The notes beneath the pieces were generated by a model. The model saw only the letters and a list, made by a program, of their open reading frames with translations, did not search any database and was not told the DNA's origin. This document shows positions 1-9,483 of a stretch of 64,000 nt of DNA, in pieces. The position numbers and the translations under genes were made by a program. The stretch covers positions 64,001-128,000 of IMG/VR virus record IMGVR_UViG_3300013426_000017. One strand, 5' to 3'. The DNA is from a virus (taxonomy: Duplodnaviria; Caudoviricetes). Each line of letters opens with the position of its first letter. Within the stretch, counting starts at the first letter, position 1.

Positions 1-1
1 G

Positions 2-2431
2 GCTGGCAAGCTAGGTTTTCAAATTAACTGTGTTAGCCAATCCACTAGCACAAGCAATCGCAGATTTAGATTGCATGCCTTTGATTTATATGTTGTTTAT
101 ACAATAGAGGATGTATCGTATAAATGCGATGTAGTAAGCGATGGACATATAGATGTATCTATCGAATCTCATGATGTGGCGCCGGGGGTTGAGAACACCT
201 GGACCGCGCGTCCCCAAGGTGGATATAGGTTTGATGGCTGGTATAGTGATGCTAACTATTTAAATCTCATATCTACCGATTTAGAATATACACAAGCAGT
301 TACTGGGTCATTGACTTTATACGCAAAGAGCAAATACCATTCGCGTGTTGTGACTCGTGTGCTTGATATTCCCTATGGTAAGGGCACCACGTATTTCACG
401 GGCCTAGATACAAATAACAAGGTACTTGACTCGGGCACCAATGGCTCTGGTTGGAAAGCTGATATGAATTGTGCGGACTATGGATGGATTGCTACCATTG
501 GCGGCACATCAGATGTCACAAGTGCCGCTTCACTAACTAATAAATCTAGCAAGCCTTATACTATAAAAGCTGTTTTAAATACGGCTGCAAAAGATGTATT
601 GTTCCCTAATGACACTGCTCACATGGTGCGCTTAGACAGCGTGAGTGAATTAGGCCGAGCCGCTATAGGAGCGCGAATAATAACTAATAAAATTACTAAT
701 CCTATTACAGGCGAAGATTATGTAACACCGCTATTTGGTGGTATTAATGGCTCAGTATGGCGTGCTAATGCAATACATAATGTAGAGAGGATTGATACTA
801 ATATCCGTCACGATTGGGTATTAAATGTAACCAAGGAATCTGAAATCGGATATTTGATGCACCAAGGAACATCGTCTATATATCGAGCTGTTGGTATTAA
901 TGATATTACACTGACCGGTTATTTCGAGGAATACGATTATGTGGCTAATATTGCCTCTAATTCTCGCGGCGTGCGTTCCGCCACAGTCAATCAAGCTATT
1001 GGTTACGAGGGCGATACAATTACATTCACTGCGGATGTAGGTAGCTATGTCACATCATTTGGTTGGTATAGTGATGAAGCATGCACGCAATTGGTAAGCA
1101 CCGAGCTCAGTTATAGTTCGGTTCCAGATGCGAATGTTACACTATACACCAAAGCAGTCGCGCCAGAAGGTGAGATATATACTTGCTAGGCGGTGGCCAA
1201 GGATAATATGGCGACGGCCTCGGTCAGCGAATCAGATATGCTAGCGGGGGGTAGCGTCACATTCACGGCTACCTTGAATCCTGGCGTTGAGTTCTCAGGG
1301 TGGTATAGTGATGAGTCTTGCACGCAATTGGTAAGTAACCAATTATCCTATACCGTAACAGTCAATTCTAATTTGATATTGTATGCTAAGGGCGCTAAAA
1401 TCTTGTATACTATTGGTGTGGGGCAGGCAGAACATGGCCACGCCACAGTAAGTAAATCTACGGCCTATTATGGCGATACAGTCACATTTAGTTGTTCAGT
1501 TGATGATGGATATGAATTTGTTGGTTGGTATTCAGATAGTGGATTAACTCAATTGGTTAGTAATAAAGCTAGCTATAATCATACCATTGTTAGCAATATA
1601 AAATTATATCCTAATATCGAAATTGTTACATATAGAATAAAAATTGGTAATGATAAAGATACCCTAAATGGTTTCCCAATTAAACTCGAGGGAGTCGTTG
1701 TAGAGTATGAAAAACTAACTGACGATGAAATCGACTATCTGCGGACTGGTGAGTATGATAAAATTGGCAGCTCTAAAATTTAGCAGCGAAAAACGGTTAA
1801 TAGTTCATCGGCCTTAGAAGATGTCTATTTGACATTAGATTGTCCATACAATGCCTATATTGCTTGGTATGGCCAACCATACTCATTCTCGGTCCTGGGG
1901 AAAACCTAGATGATATATTTATATTTCCTTGATGAGAATAAGGCCGATGTCACGGCTTGGTCATATTATTGGTACTAGCCAACAAAAGATGCAGTATTTC
2001 ATATTTCGTCATTTATGGAAGAAGACTCGTGTATTTGTACCGCAATAGCAAAAACAGGTATCAGTAAAGCGTCCGCAACCTCACCAGTATACCAAGGGAA
2101 AACGGCTATTTTTGAAGCCAAAGTAAATACGGGATATAAGTTTAATGGATGGTACTCTGATGAAGCATGCACAACACTGGCCTCGTCTGACAATCCTGCG
2201 AGTCTCACTGCGCCAACTGCTAATAATACGCAATCTACATTAACTCTCTATGCGAAAGCTGATTATACTGGTGCGCCGCCACTCTCATTTAAATCAAATG
2301 GGACGTGGAAAAATGTAGTAACAGTATTCCAAAAAGTCAATGGCACTTGGGTAGAACAAAGTGACCCTGCCTCGCTCTTTACAGGTTCGCCATCAGGCAC
2401 TGAATCATCCTATCTATATTTAGGAGACTAA
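2..2431 (+). CDS. Large repeat-containing virion/adhesion protein (InlB B-repeat-like GYxFxGWY units), 5'-truncated, code 15
   Basis: Track ORFs 71-1189, 1193-1783 and 2015-2431 share one frame, separated only by TAG (1187, 1781, 1907, 1977). Repeats of F.GWYSD..CT.LVS....Y...V.....LYAK. Ends in TAA. Confidence 0.8.
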
Positions 2432-2433
2432 TT

Positions 2434-3150
2434 ATGAAAGATATAAAAAATGCAATTTAGGCCTAGCGAGAATATCGCTAGGCCTTAGAGGTTAATCCAT
2501 TCAAGGCTGATATCTATGAATACTTGGCACCTTATGGATATACCGACCTAGATGATTTTACTTCAGACAAAATAGAATACCTATTAAAAAATAGCAATAT
2601 ACCAATTACAATCACTAATCCAGATGAATGTCTGCAATCAGACCTTATGGAAGTTCTAACCGCTAAACAACAACTATTTATCAGTATCAACAATGGTAAA
2701 ATATTTGCTTGGCATTAGAATGATGATATTGACACTGAACTATTTGAGAACTATGGCATCCCGGTCTATGAAACTCATGGCGAAGGTGGCACAATTATTA
2801 GTGGACCTGATGATTTAGATATTGCCCTAGTGTTAGATAGAAATGATTGGGATGTGATTAAGTCCAATTATTTTCTTGAGATTTTGGCGCAGATGGTAAA
2901 AAAATACCTACCAAATTATACAATAGAAATTGACAGTAATGATATATTGTGTGATGGTAAAAAAATAATAGGCGCTACAACAGGTGAGGTAGGTAGTAAG
3001 CTACTCTACATGGCGCATATTAGTTTCTATGACTTTAGCGCATTGGCGAAAATACTCTGCAGCAAAGAAAGCACTAAGACCCCCGGTTGCATACCCGCAG
3101 AGCTGAGCCGCGCCACATTATTAGAAGAATTGAAATCATGGTTGGAATAA
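2434..3150 (+). CDS. Lipoate-protein ligase / BPL_LplA_LipB-like protein, code 15
   Basis: ATG 2434 reads through four TAGs, joining track ORFs 2524 and 2830. Motifs GEGGTIISGPDDL and NDILCDGKKIIG resemble LplA. Confidence 0.65.
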
Positions 3151-3154
3151 TCCT

Positions 3155-3195
3155 ATTGGGGAATCGTGTTATGCGATTCCCCAATTGATTTTTTT
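3155..3195 (+). terminator. Intrinsic terminator-like hairpin
   Basis: ATTGGGGAATCG / CGATTCCCCAAT inverted repeat followed by a T-run. Confidence 0.6.
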
Positions 3196-3237
3196 AAAAA
3201 AATATTATATAATAAAAATAAAAAAGGAAGAAAAAAT

Positions 3238-3819
3238 ATGAGAACAGAGCGTCAGGCGCATGGGTTTATATTTGAAGAAAGCATAATAAATAAATATCAT
3301 ATTAAGAAGAATACTGAATATACAGGCAAATGGGATGGTTATTTGCCATCTAAAATACCCGTATCTATTAAGCATATTAAGAAAGGCAATGCGATTGATT
3401 TGGCCGACCTATTTCGCCAAGCGTCAATTATAGAAGATTTTATTCTGATTATTGGTTTTTATGACGATATCAATCCAGACGATATTTATATATTACATTT
3501 TTCTGAAAATGAATGGCACAATTATTTTCTCGATTTAGCTGACTTTGAGAATCTATTTAAAAATGCCTTAAATAGTGTTTCTAATAGTTTTAGTGATGAT
3601 GCTAAATGGACTCAATTGCGTAAAGAATGTGTAGATTTTTGGAAGCAAAACACTAGCGGATATATCACTGTTAACGGTAAGCGTGACCATAAATCTCAAA
3701 AGCGTTGGCAATGTTCTATTAACAAGACTAATTTTTTTAAAGAATTTCTTCCTAAATTTCAAATTACTGAGGAGGAATTATTTTATTATGCCTCGAGAAA
3801 CCAAAAGCAATGGGCGTAA
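3238..3819 (+). CDS. Putative restriction-endonuclease-like PD-(D/E)xK protein
   Basis: RQAHGFIFE...KWD...VSIK pattern. Overlaps the start of an adenine MTase. Confidence 0.5.
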   Translation: MRTERQAHGFIFEESIINKYHIKKNTEYTGKWDGYLPSKIPVSIKHIKKGNAIDLADLFRQASIIEDFILIIGFYDDINPDDIYILHFSENEWHNYFLDLADFENLFKNALNSVSNSFSDDAKWTQLRKECVDFWKQNTSGYITVNGKRDHKSQKRWQCSINKTNFFKEFLPKFQITEEELFYYASRNQKQWA

Positions 3820-4603
3820 AGACCATTTAGATAGATTTTATACACCTGATAATATTGTCCAAAAGTGTTTAGCGCTATTGGATTTGACTCAATTCGATTG
3901 TATTATTGAACCTAGTGCAGGGACAGGTAATTTTTCTAAATATTTGCCCAATTGTTTATCGTATGATATTAGCCCACAAGATGATGATATTTTACAAGCT
4001 GATTGGCTTACGCTAGATAAATCACAATTTATTGGCAATAACATTTTAGTTTGTGGCAATCCCCCGTTTGGCGAACAAAATACTCTAGCTATTAAATTCT
4101 TTAATGAATCAGCTAAATTTTGTCATACTATTGCATTTATTTTGCCACTATCATTTAAAAAAGACTCAATTCAAAATATGCTTGATTTAAATTTTCATTT
4201 AATTAATGAATTGCGTTTAGATGATGCTGAGTTTTACCTTAAAGACCAAGATTGGATACGGGTTCCTTGTGTATTTCAGGTGTGGCGCCGCACTGACCAA
4301 CTTCGCCAAAAAATAAAACTAAGAACTACTACTGATTTATTTGATTTTACTACTCCTGATAAGGCAGATTTTCGTATCCAAAGAGTGGGCGGCAATGCAG
4401 GAAAAGCGTCATTTGAATTAAATCGGGCGGTATCAAGTAATTATTTTATTCATAACAAAAGCACATTGCCAAATTCTGATTTTGTAAATTATATTAATCA
4501 ATTGATATTTCCAACAATCGAGTATACTGTTGGCCCCAAATCGTTATCCAAAGGTGAATTGATTCAAATAATTGAAGAAAATTTCCCCCATTTGATTTTT
4601 TAA
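3788..4603 (+). CDS. DNA N6-adenine methyltransferase
   Basis: DRFYTP, IIEPSAGTGNF (motif I) and GNPPF (motif IV). Confidence 0.85.
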   Translation: MPRETKSNGRKDHLDRFYTPDNIVQKCLALLDLTQFDCIIEPSAGTGNFSKYLPNCLSYDISPQDDDILQADWLTLDKSQFIGNNILVCGNPPFGEQNTLAIKFFNESAKFCHTIAFILPLSFKKDSIQNMLDLNFHLINELRLDDAEFYLKDQDWIRVPCVFQVWRRTDQLRQKIKLRTTTDLFDFTTPDKADFRIQRVGGNAGKASFELNRAVSSNYFIHNKSTLPNSDFVNYINQLIFPTIEYTVGPKSLSKGELIQIIEENFPHLIF

Positions 4604-4620
4604 AAAAAATATTATATAAT
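4592..4620 (+). promoter_or_regulatory. Sigma70/SigA-type promoter, one of about 15 similar copies
   Basis: TTGATT-N17-TATAAT. Similar copies near 3185, 10126, 11686, 13880, 18265, 23838, 30004, 32537, 32798, 37867, 44350, 47246 and 60567. Confidence 0.75.
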
Positions 4621-4644
4621 ATATATACAAAATGAAAAAGGAGA

Positions 4645-5007
4645 ATGATAAAAATGAACAAGCGACCGTTTAACCGATATAAATATTATGTTCAGGGCAA
4701 TAAGGTTCATGCTGTTAGCAAGTATGCTGGCAAAACTGTTCGCGCCACTGCTATTTGCTCACCCAATGATGAATTCGATATTGGAATAGGAATGGGTGTA
4801 GCGGGGCGTAAGTGCAATATTAAAGTTGCTGAGAAGCGTGTGCGCCATGCGGAACAGAGACTAACTGAAGCAAGAGCTGCACATGATGCAGCAGTAGAAG
4901 AGCTATGTGCTGCCTATGATTATTATGATAATGCAATTGACCAGGCAGCGGACGCTATGAATGATTTTTATGATTATATAGGAGAGGTAGATAATGCCGA
5001 AGATTAA
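4645..5007 (+). CDS. Hypothetical phage protein
   Basis: ORF with RBS. Loosely resembles 20502-20990 (A.C...D motif plus helical tail). Confidence 0.6.
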   Translation: MIKMNKRPFNRYKYYVQGNKVHAVSKYAGKTVRATAICSPNDEFDIGIGMGVAGRKCNIKVAEKRVRHAEQRLTEARAAHDAAVEELCAAYDYYDNAIDQAADAMNDFYDYIGEVDNAED

Positions 5008-5443
5008 AATGACACCCGAAGAAGTTGCCACGTTTTGGCATCAGAAAAGCATTGAACTTGAAGAAAAACTCAAAGATTCAGAAGGCACAAGACGGAACCT
5101 TGCCATTGAACTTGGTGATTTGAAAAATAAATATATTGCGCTCAAACTTTCAACAGAAGAAGATATGAGAAAATTAGAGAAGTGCGTTGACAATGAAAGA
5201 GGCCGTGTATATCAGAAAGAGAATGATGCATATATATACTTGAAAAGATGGCGCCAGACTATTGATGAACTTAAAGCCGCTCAGCTCACAATAGCAGACA
5301 AAAACAATCAGATTCGTGAACTTACACCCAAAATGACCTACGAGCAGATTATCGACCTCAAGTGTGAAAATGCAAGACTTAAAGAAGAAAATGCCAAATT
5401 TGCTGAGCGGAAGCGAATACTTGACAAATTCAAAATTTTTTGA
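4994..5443 (+). CDS. Hypothetical coiled-coil protein
   Basis: ORF with GGAGG RBS. Confidence 0.6.
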   Translation: MPKIKMTPEEVATFWHQKSIELEEKLKDSEGTRRNLAIELGDLKNKYIALKLSTEEDMRKLEKCVDNERGRVYQKENDAYIYLKRWRQTIDELKAAQLTIADKNNQIRELTPKMTYEQIIDLKCENARLKEENAKFAERKRILDKFKIF

Positions 5444-5518
5444 TATAATAAATATGTAAGGGATTAAGGGATTAAGGGAGAAAAATAAAAAATAATTTTT
5501 TCCCTAAGTTCCAATTAA

Positions 5519-5547
5519 TTGACAAAATTAAATAATTATTATATAAT
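5519..5547 (+). promoter_or_regulatory. Consensus promoter for tRNA cluster 1 (a second copy lies at 5421-5449)
   Basis: TTGACA-N17-TATAAT. Confidence 0.8.
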
Positions 5548-5571
5548 ATATATGTAATAAGAAATAGATAT

Positions 5572-5647
5572 TCCGGCGTAGTGTAAAGGTTAATGCAGCT
5601 GGCTCTAACCCAGCGGATCCCCGTTCGAGTCGAGGGCGCCGGCGCCA
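5572..5647 (+). tRNA. Amber suppressor tRNA (anticodon CTA), likely Gln
   Basis: Cloverleaf with GCTGG-CT CTA AC-CCAGC anticodon arm (CTA at 5605-5607), TTCGAGT T-loop, G73 and encoded CCA. Confidence 0.92.
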
Positions 5648-5749
5648 TATATTATGGCTCAAACCTACAAGGTAATGCTACCTATAAGTGCATCCTGCTA
5701 ATGGAGGTTAGGTTAATTAGCATTCCTTTCTGAGTAGAAAAATGTATAT

Positions 5750-6179
5750 GCAGATATGGTGAAATTTTGGTAAACACAATGGACTTTGATGTATTCTATT
5801 TAATGGTAAATTAAATACTACCAATTTTGGTAGAGAGTGCCTAAAGGGAAACTTTTAGAGTAGAAGCTGGCTAAAACGGCGAAGGCGAATACAGAACGCC
5901 GTGCTAAGTTAAATAAATTGGTGCTAATTGAGTATCTAAAATACTAATTATTAGATTGTATCTCAAAACAATTTATGTGAAATTAGTTGAAATGGTAGGA
6001 CTAACATCCAATTTATTTATAAATGTGTAGAGAGTATATACCAGCTACCTAAGTCTGAATAAGATATGGTAAAGACGTATTCCAGACTACAACACAGAAA
6101 TGTGGCTATGGCGACATAGAGTAGTAAGAAAATCCATCGGCATTACGCCTTGCGGGTTCGAGTCCCGCTATCTGCACCA
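5750..6179 (+). tRNA. tRNA-Leu(TAA) interrupted by a group I intron (exons 5750-5786, 6129-6179)
   Basis: GCAGATA/TATCTGC-A-CCA acceptor. Joined anticodon arm ATGGA-CT TAA AA-TCCAT. Long variable arm. Confidence 0.88.
5787..6128 (+). ncRNA. Group I intron in tRNA-Leu anticodon (no ORF)
   Basis: Follows U and ends in G. AGCTGG/CCAGCT P3-like pairing and ACGGC...GCCGTGCTAAG P4/P5-like core. Confidence 0.8.
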
Positions 6180-6201
6180 TTATTTTTTAAGGAGTATAAA
6201 A

Positions 6202-6477
6202 ATGGTTAGTTTTATTCTCAACGACCAAGATACTGGATATGATGTAATCGTAAACCGTATCAATAGATATTACAAGGTTCATAATCGAGATGCTGTAATT
6301 GTATCTATTGGTATTTCCTATGATGGAGAAAAGTGGGAGTATATGAATGAAGTAGCATATCCCCTAGATTATCTATGTAGTGAAATTGAGTTTCTCAATG
6401 ATTGGTGGGAAGGCCAACAATATATTAAGCTACTTGGCATCGAGTCAGTTTCTAATCTAAAAATAAATGGAGAATAA
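6202..6477 (+). CDS. Hypothetical protein
   Basis: AAGGAG RBS before ATG 6202. The track start at 6100 overlaps the tRNA. Confidence 0.6.
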   Translation: MVSFILNDQDTGYDVIVNRINRYYKVHNRDAVIVSIGISYDGEKWEYMNEVAYPLDYLCSEIEFLNDWWEGQQYIKLLGIESVSNLKINGE

Positions 6478-6645
6478 AAAATGTTTAGAACAATTACATT
6501 AACTGAAAGCGAACTTGTGGTATTCATCAATAGCCGATGTTGGAACGATATTAAATATATTATTCCAAAAGGTGCTGATGAATATCTTGTTATTTATTGG
6601 GAAGATACTGATGAATATGATTTTTATTAAGGAGGAAATAGGAAT

Positions 6646-7815
6646 ATGGCATTGACTGAAAAAGGGCGACAGGCCCTTGGTTATATTCAAAAATACTTTA
6701 GTGAGGGTGAATTTTGTGCTAAAGATTTGTCAGATTCATGTGGCGCAAAGGTAGCCCCCGCCACACTCACCGCAGTCGCTAACCAAGGTTTCATTGAAAA
6801 ATTGGGTGGTTCACCCGTTCAGTATAGAGCAGTAGATGAATTTGCTGAACTCATGAAATCGCTTGAAGAAAGCGAAAAAAGTGGCGCCACTAATACAAAT
6901 TTACATAATGCAAAACGGGTAAAAAATGATGAATTTTATACTCGCTATGAAGATATTGAAGCAGAGGTTATGAAATATCGTAAGCAATTCCGAGATAAAA
7001 TTGTTTATTTGCCTTGCGATGACCCCGCTGAAAAGAAAAGTGAATTTTGGTCATTTTTTGTTGCCAATTTTGAAGCATTTGGTCTCAAGAAATTGATTGC
7101 TACTCATTATGAAGAAAATGGCCAGGCATATAAAATTTGGATTGACCGAGACAATGATTTGAATGGCAATGGTTGGATTGATGATGGCGATGCCATTCAG
7201 GAAGACTTGATGGGCAATGGTGATTTTCGCAGCCCCGAATGTATTGAAATTCTCAAAGAATGTGATATAGTATGCACCAATCCACCATTTAGTCTGTTTA
7301 GAGAGTTTGTAGATGTTATTATGACTCATAATAAGCAATGCTTAATTATCGGTAATCAAAATGCATTTACTTATGCCGAAATTTTTGAATTAATTAAAAT
7401 GAACCGCTTATGGACTGGATATAATATGGTAAAGCAGTTTATGGAACCCGATGGAAATTTAAAATCCTTTGGAAATATTTGTTGGTTTACTAATTTGTTT
7501 ACAAATAAGCGTCAAGAGGAACTGATACTAACTAAGGATTATAATCCAATTGATTATCCTACATATGAAAATTATAATGCTATTGAGGTTGGGAAAGTAA
7601 TAAATATACCTAAAAATTACGATGGTATTATGGGTGTCCCTATTACTTTTATTGATAAGTATAATCCTAATCAATTTGTGATTATTGGGCATACTCATTC
7701 CGGTGACAATAGCCCCGAAGTAGAGGCAATAAGAACTGATAATAATCATCGACATGGCGGATTTATCAATGGTAAAGAAAAATATATGCGTGTTCTAATT
7801 CGTCGCAAGAAATAA
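6646..7815 (+). CDS. EcoRI-family adenine methyltransferase with N-terminal winged-HTH
   Basis: AK..KNDEFYT, LPCDDP, GDFRS.EC and TNPPFSLFREF motifs. Confidence 0.85.
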   Translation: MALTEKGRQALGYIQKYFSEGEFCAKDLSDSCGAKVAPATLTAVANQGFIEKLGGSPVQYRAVDEFAELMKSLEESEKSGATNTNLHNAKRVKNDEFYTRYEDIEAEVMKYRKQFRDKIVYLPCDDPAEKKSEFWSFFVANFEAFGLKKLIATHYEENGQAYKIWIDRDNDLNGNGWIDDGDAIQEDLMGNGDFRSPECIEILKECDIVCTNPPFSLFREFVDVIMTHNKQCLIIGNQNAFTYAEIFELIKMNRLWTGYNMVKQFMEPDGNLKSFGNICWFTNLFTNKRQEELILTKDYNPIDYPTYENYNAIEVGKVINIPKNYDGIMGVPITFIDKYNPNQFVIIGHTHSGDNSPEVEAIRTDNNHRHGGFINGKEKYMRVLIRRKK

Positions 7816-7895
7816 AAATAAATAATAAATAAATTCCATTTAAAAAACACAACTAAAGTTAATTTATATTATAAAGCGTTAAAGGAGATTTTAAA

Positions 7896-9062
7896 ATGGA
7901 GATTCGTAAAACAACTATTACTATTCGTGAGCTGTGTGCTGGTTATGTAAACGACACTGAGACTGACATTGAACGTGGTGTATGGGCTTATGGTGGAAAG
8001 CTGTGTGTTCGTCCTGAATTTCAGCGTTCCTTTGTCTATAATGCCAAGCAGGCAAATGCTGTAATTGATACAGCCCTCAAAGGGTTTCCCCTTAATATCA
8101 TGTATTGGGTTGATAATGGCGACGGCACTTATGACTGCCTCGATGGTCAGCAGCGCACAATTAGTCTGTGTAATTTTGTAGATGGTCTGACATCATATCA
8201 TGGTAATGCTGTGTATACCGAAAAGCCGATGTATATTTCTACCCTTAAACGCTTGTATCCTGAAATGGAGCAGAAATTTCTCGATTATCCTCTTGAGATT
8301 TATATTTGCCGTGGCGCCAAGGCCGATCGTATGGAGTGGTTCAAGACGATTAATATTGCTGGCGAAGAGCTCTCGTCACAAGAGCTGCGTAATGCTAACT
8401 ATGTAAGTAAGTGGCTGACTGATGCAAAACGCTATTTTAGTAAGGCTAATGGTAATGCAAAGTGCCCCGCGGAGAATGTGGGTTCCATGTATACTAAGGC
8501 TAATGCAAATCGTCAGGAATTGCTTGAGCAGGTAATCACTTGGTATATTGATTCCAAGAAGGATGAAGATATTTGTCAGTATATGGATGAGCATATTAAT
8601 GATGACAATGCTACTGAACTTTGGGATTATTTTAATAATGTAATAGAATGGATTGAGACTCTATTCCCCGGCACATATGATAAGGGCATGGCAAATCTCA
8701 ATTGGGGTTCCCTTTATAATAAATATCATGATGAAGAATTTGATTCTGAGGAAATTGTGAATAAATTTAATGAGCTGATTGAATTTAAGGCATCTAAGGA
8801 GCTTGATGCATCAGTAGGAAAAATTGTAGAATATTGTATTACTCGCGATGAAAATCTACTTAAGCATAGAGCATTTAGTGAAGCTCAGCGAACTACTTTG
8901 TATAATCGTCAGAAGGGCATATGCCCTGATTGCGGGGAACATTTTATTAAAGCTGATATGCATGCTCACCATATTGTCCCATGGTATGGTGGCGGTATTA
9001 CTGAACTTACTAATGGCGTTATGCTTTGTAAGAAATGCCATACTAAACGTCATGCCGAATAA
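7896..9062 (+). CDS. DUF262 (GmrSD-like) + HNH endonuclease
   Basis: RPEFQR and DGQQR motifs. C-terminal CPDC..HAHHIVPW..GG.T...NG.MLCKKCH. Confidence 0.85.
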   Translation: MEIRKTTITIRELCAGYVNDTETDIERGVWAYGGKLCVRPEFQRSFVYNAKQANAVIDTALKGFPLNIMYWVDNGDGTYDCLDGQQRTISLCNFVDGLTSYHGNAVYTEKPMYISTLKRLYPEMEQKFLDYPLEIYICRGAKADRMEWFKTINIAGEELSSQELRNANYVSKWLTDAKRYFSKANGNAKCPAENVGSMYTKANANRQELLEQVITWYIDSKKDEDICQYMDEHINDDNATELWDYFNNVIEWIETLFPGTYDKGMANLNWGSLYNKYHDEEFDSEEIVNKFNELIEFKASKELDASVGKIVEYCITRDENLLKHRAFSEAQRTTLYNRQKGICPDCGEHFIKADMHAHHIVPWYGGGITELTNGVMLCKKCHTKRHAE

Positions 9063-9091
9063 TTGACAAAAATAAAATTTTTTGTTATAAT
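9063..9091 (+). promoter_or_regulatory. Consensus promoter for tRNA cluster 2
   Basis: TTGACA-N17-TATAAT with extended TG. Confidence 0.8.
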
Positions 9092-9177
9092 ATAAATACA
9101 AGGTAAATAATACCTTCACAATTAATTTTCCCCTATTAATTGTTTGGGATTTTCAGAAATGGAAATCCCTTTTATAT

Positions 9178-9252
9178 GCTAGGTTAGCTCAGAGGCAGAG
9201 CGGGCGCCTTGTAAGCGCCAGGCCGAGATTTCGAAATTCTCACCTAGCTCCA
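9178..9252 (+). tRNA. tRNA-Thr(TGT)
   Basis: GCTAGGT/ACCTAGC-T-CCA acceptor and GGCGC-CT TGT AA-GCGCC anticodon arm. Confidence 0.9.
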
Positions 9253-9373
9253 GGAATGATGGTTCGAGTCCATCTCGCTGATCGAGGTTAGGTAAGTGCG
9301 CGCGATCAAGCCCCTCTCGCAGTTCCGGTCTTAATTGGCTACTGTCCCATGAGGGGGGCGCTTTAGATAAGAT

Positions 9374-9462
9374 GCGCCATAAATTCGTCCGGCGGCGAAA
9401 CCGGTCTTGAAAACCGTGTGTATCAGCAATGATATGTGGGTCGGCACCACTGTGGCGCGCCA
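9374..9462 (+). tRNA. Non-canonical 8/4 tRNA-Ser(TGA)
   Basis: 8-bp acceptor GCGCCATA/TGTGGCGC, G73-CCA, 4-bp T-stem GTGG-GTCGGCA-CCAC, anticodon TGA at 9408-9410, variable arm TATCA-GCAA-TGATA. Confidence 0.8.
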
Positions 9463-9483
9463 CTTAACAAGGAGAATGAATAT

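Noticed and set aside
5648-5750. Theta (HDV-like) ribozyme downstream of the suppressor tRNA
   Set aside because: I could not build the nested double-pseudoknot at the tRNA 3' end by eye. A motif search would be needed to exclude it.
9179-9463. Minus-strand 94-aa ORF, and the N-terminal part of ORF 6100-6477
   Set aside because: They overlap tRNA genes and are shadow ORFs.
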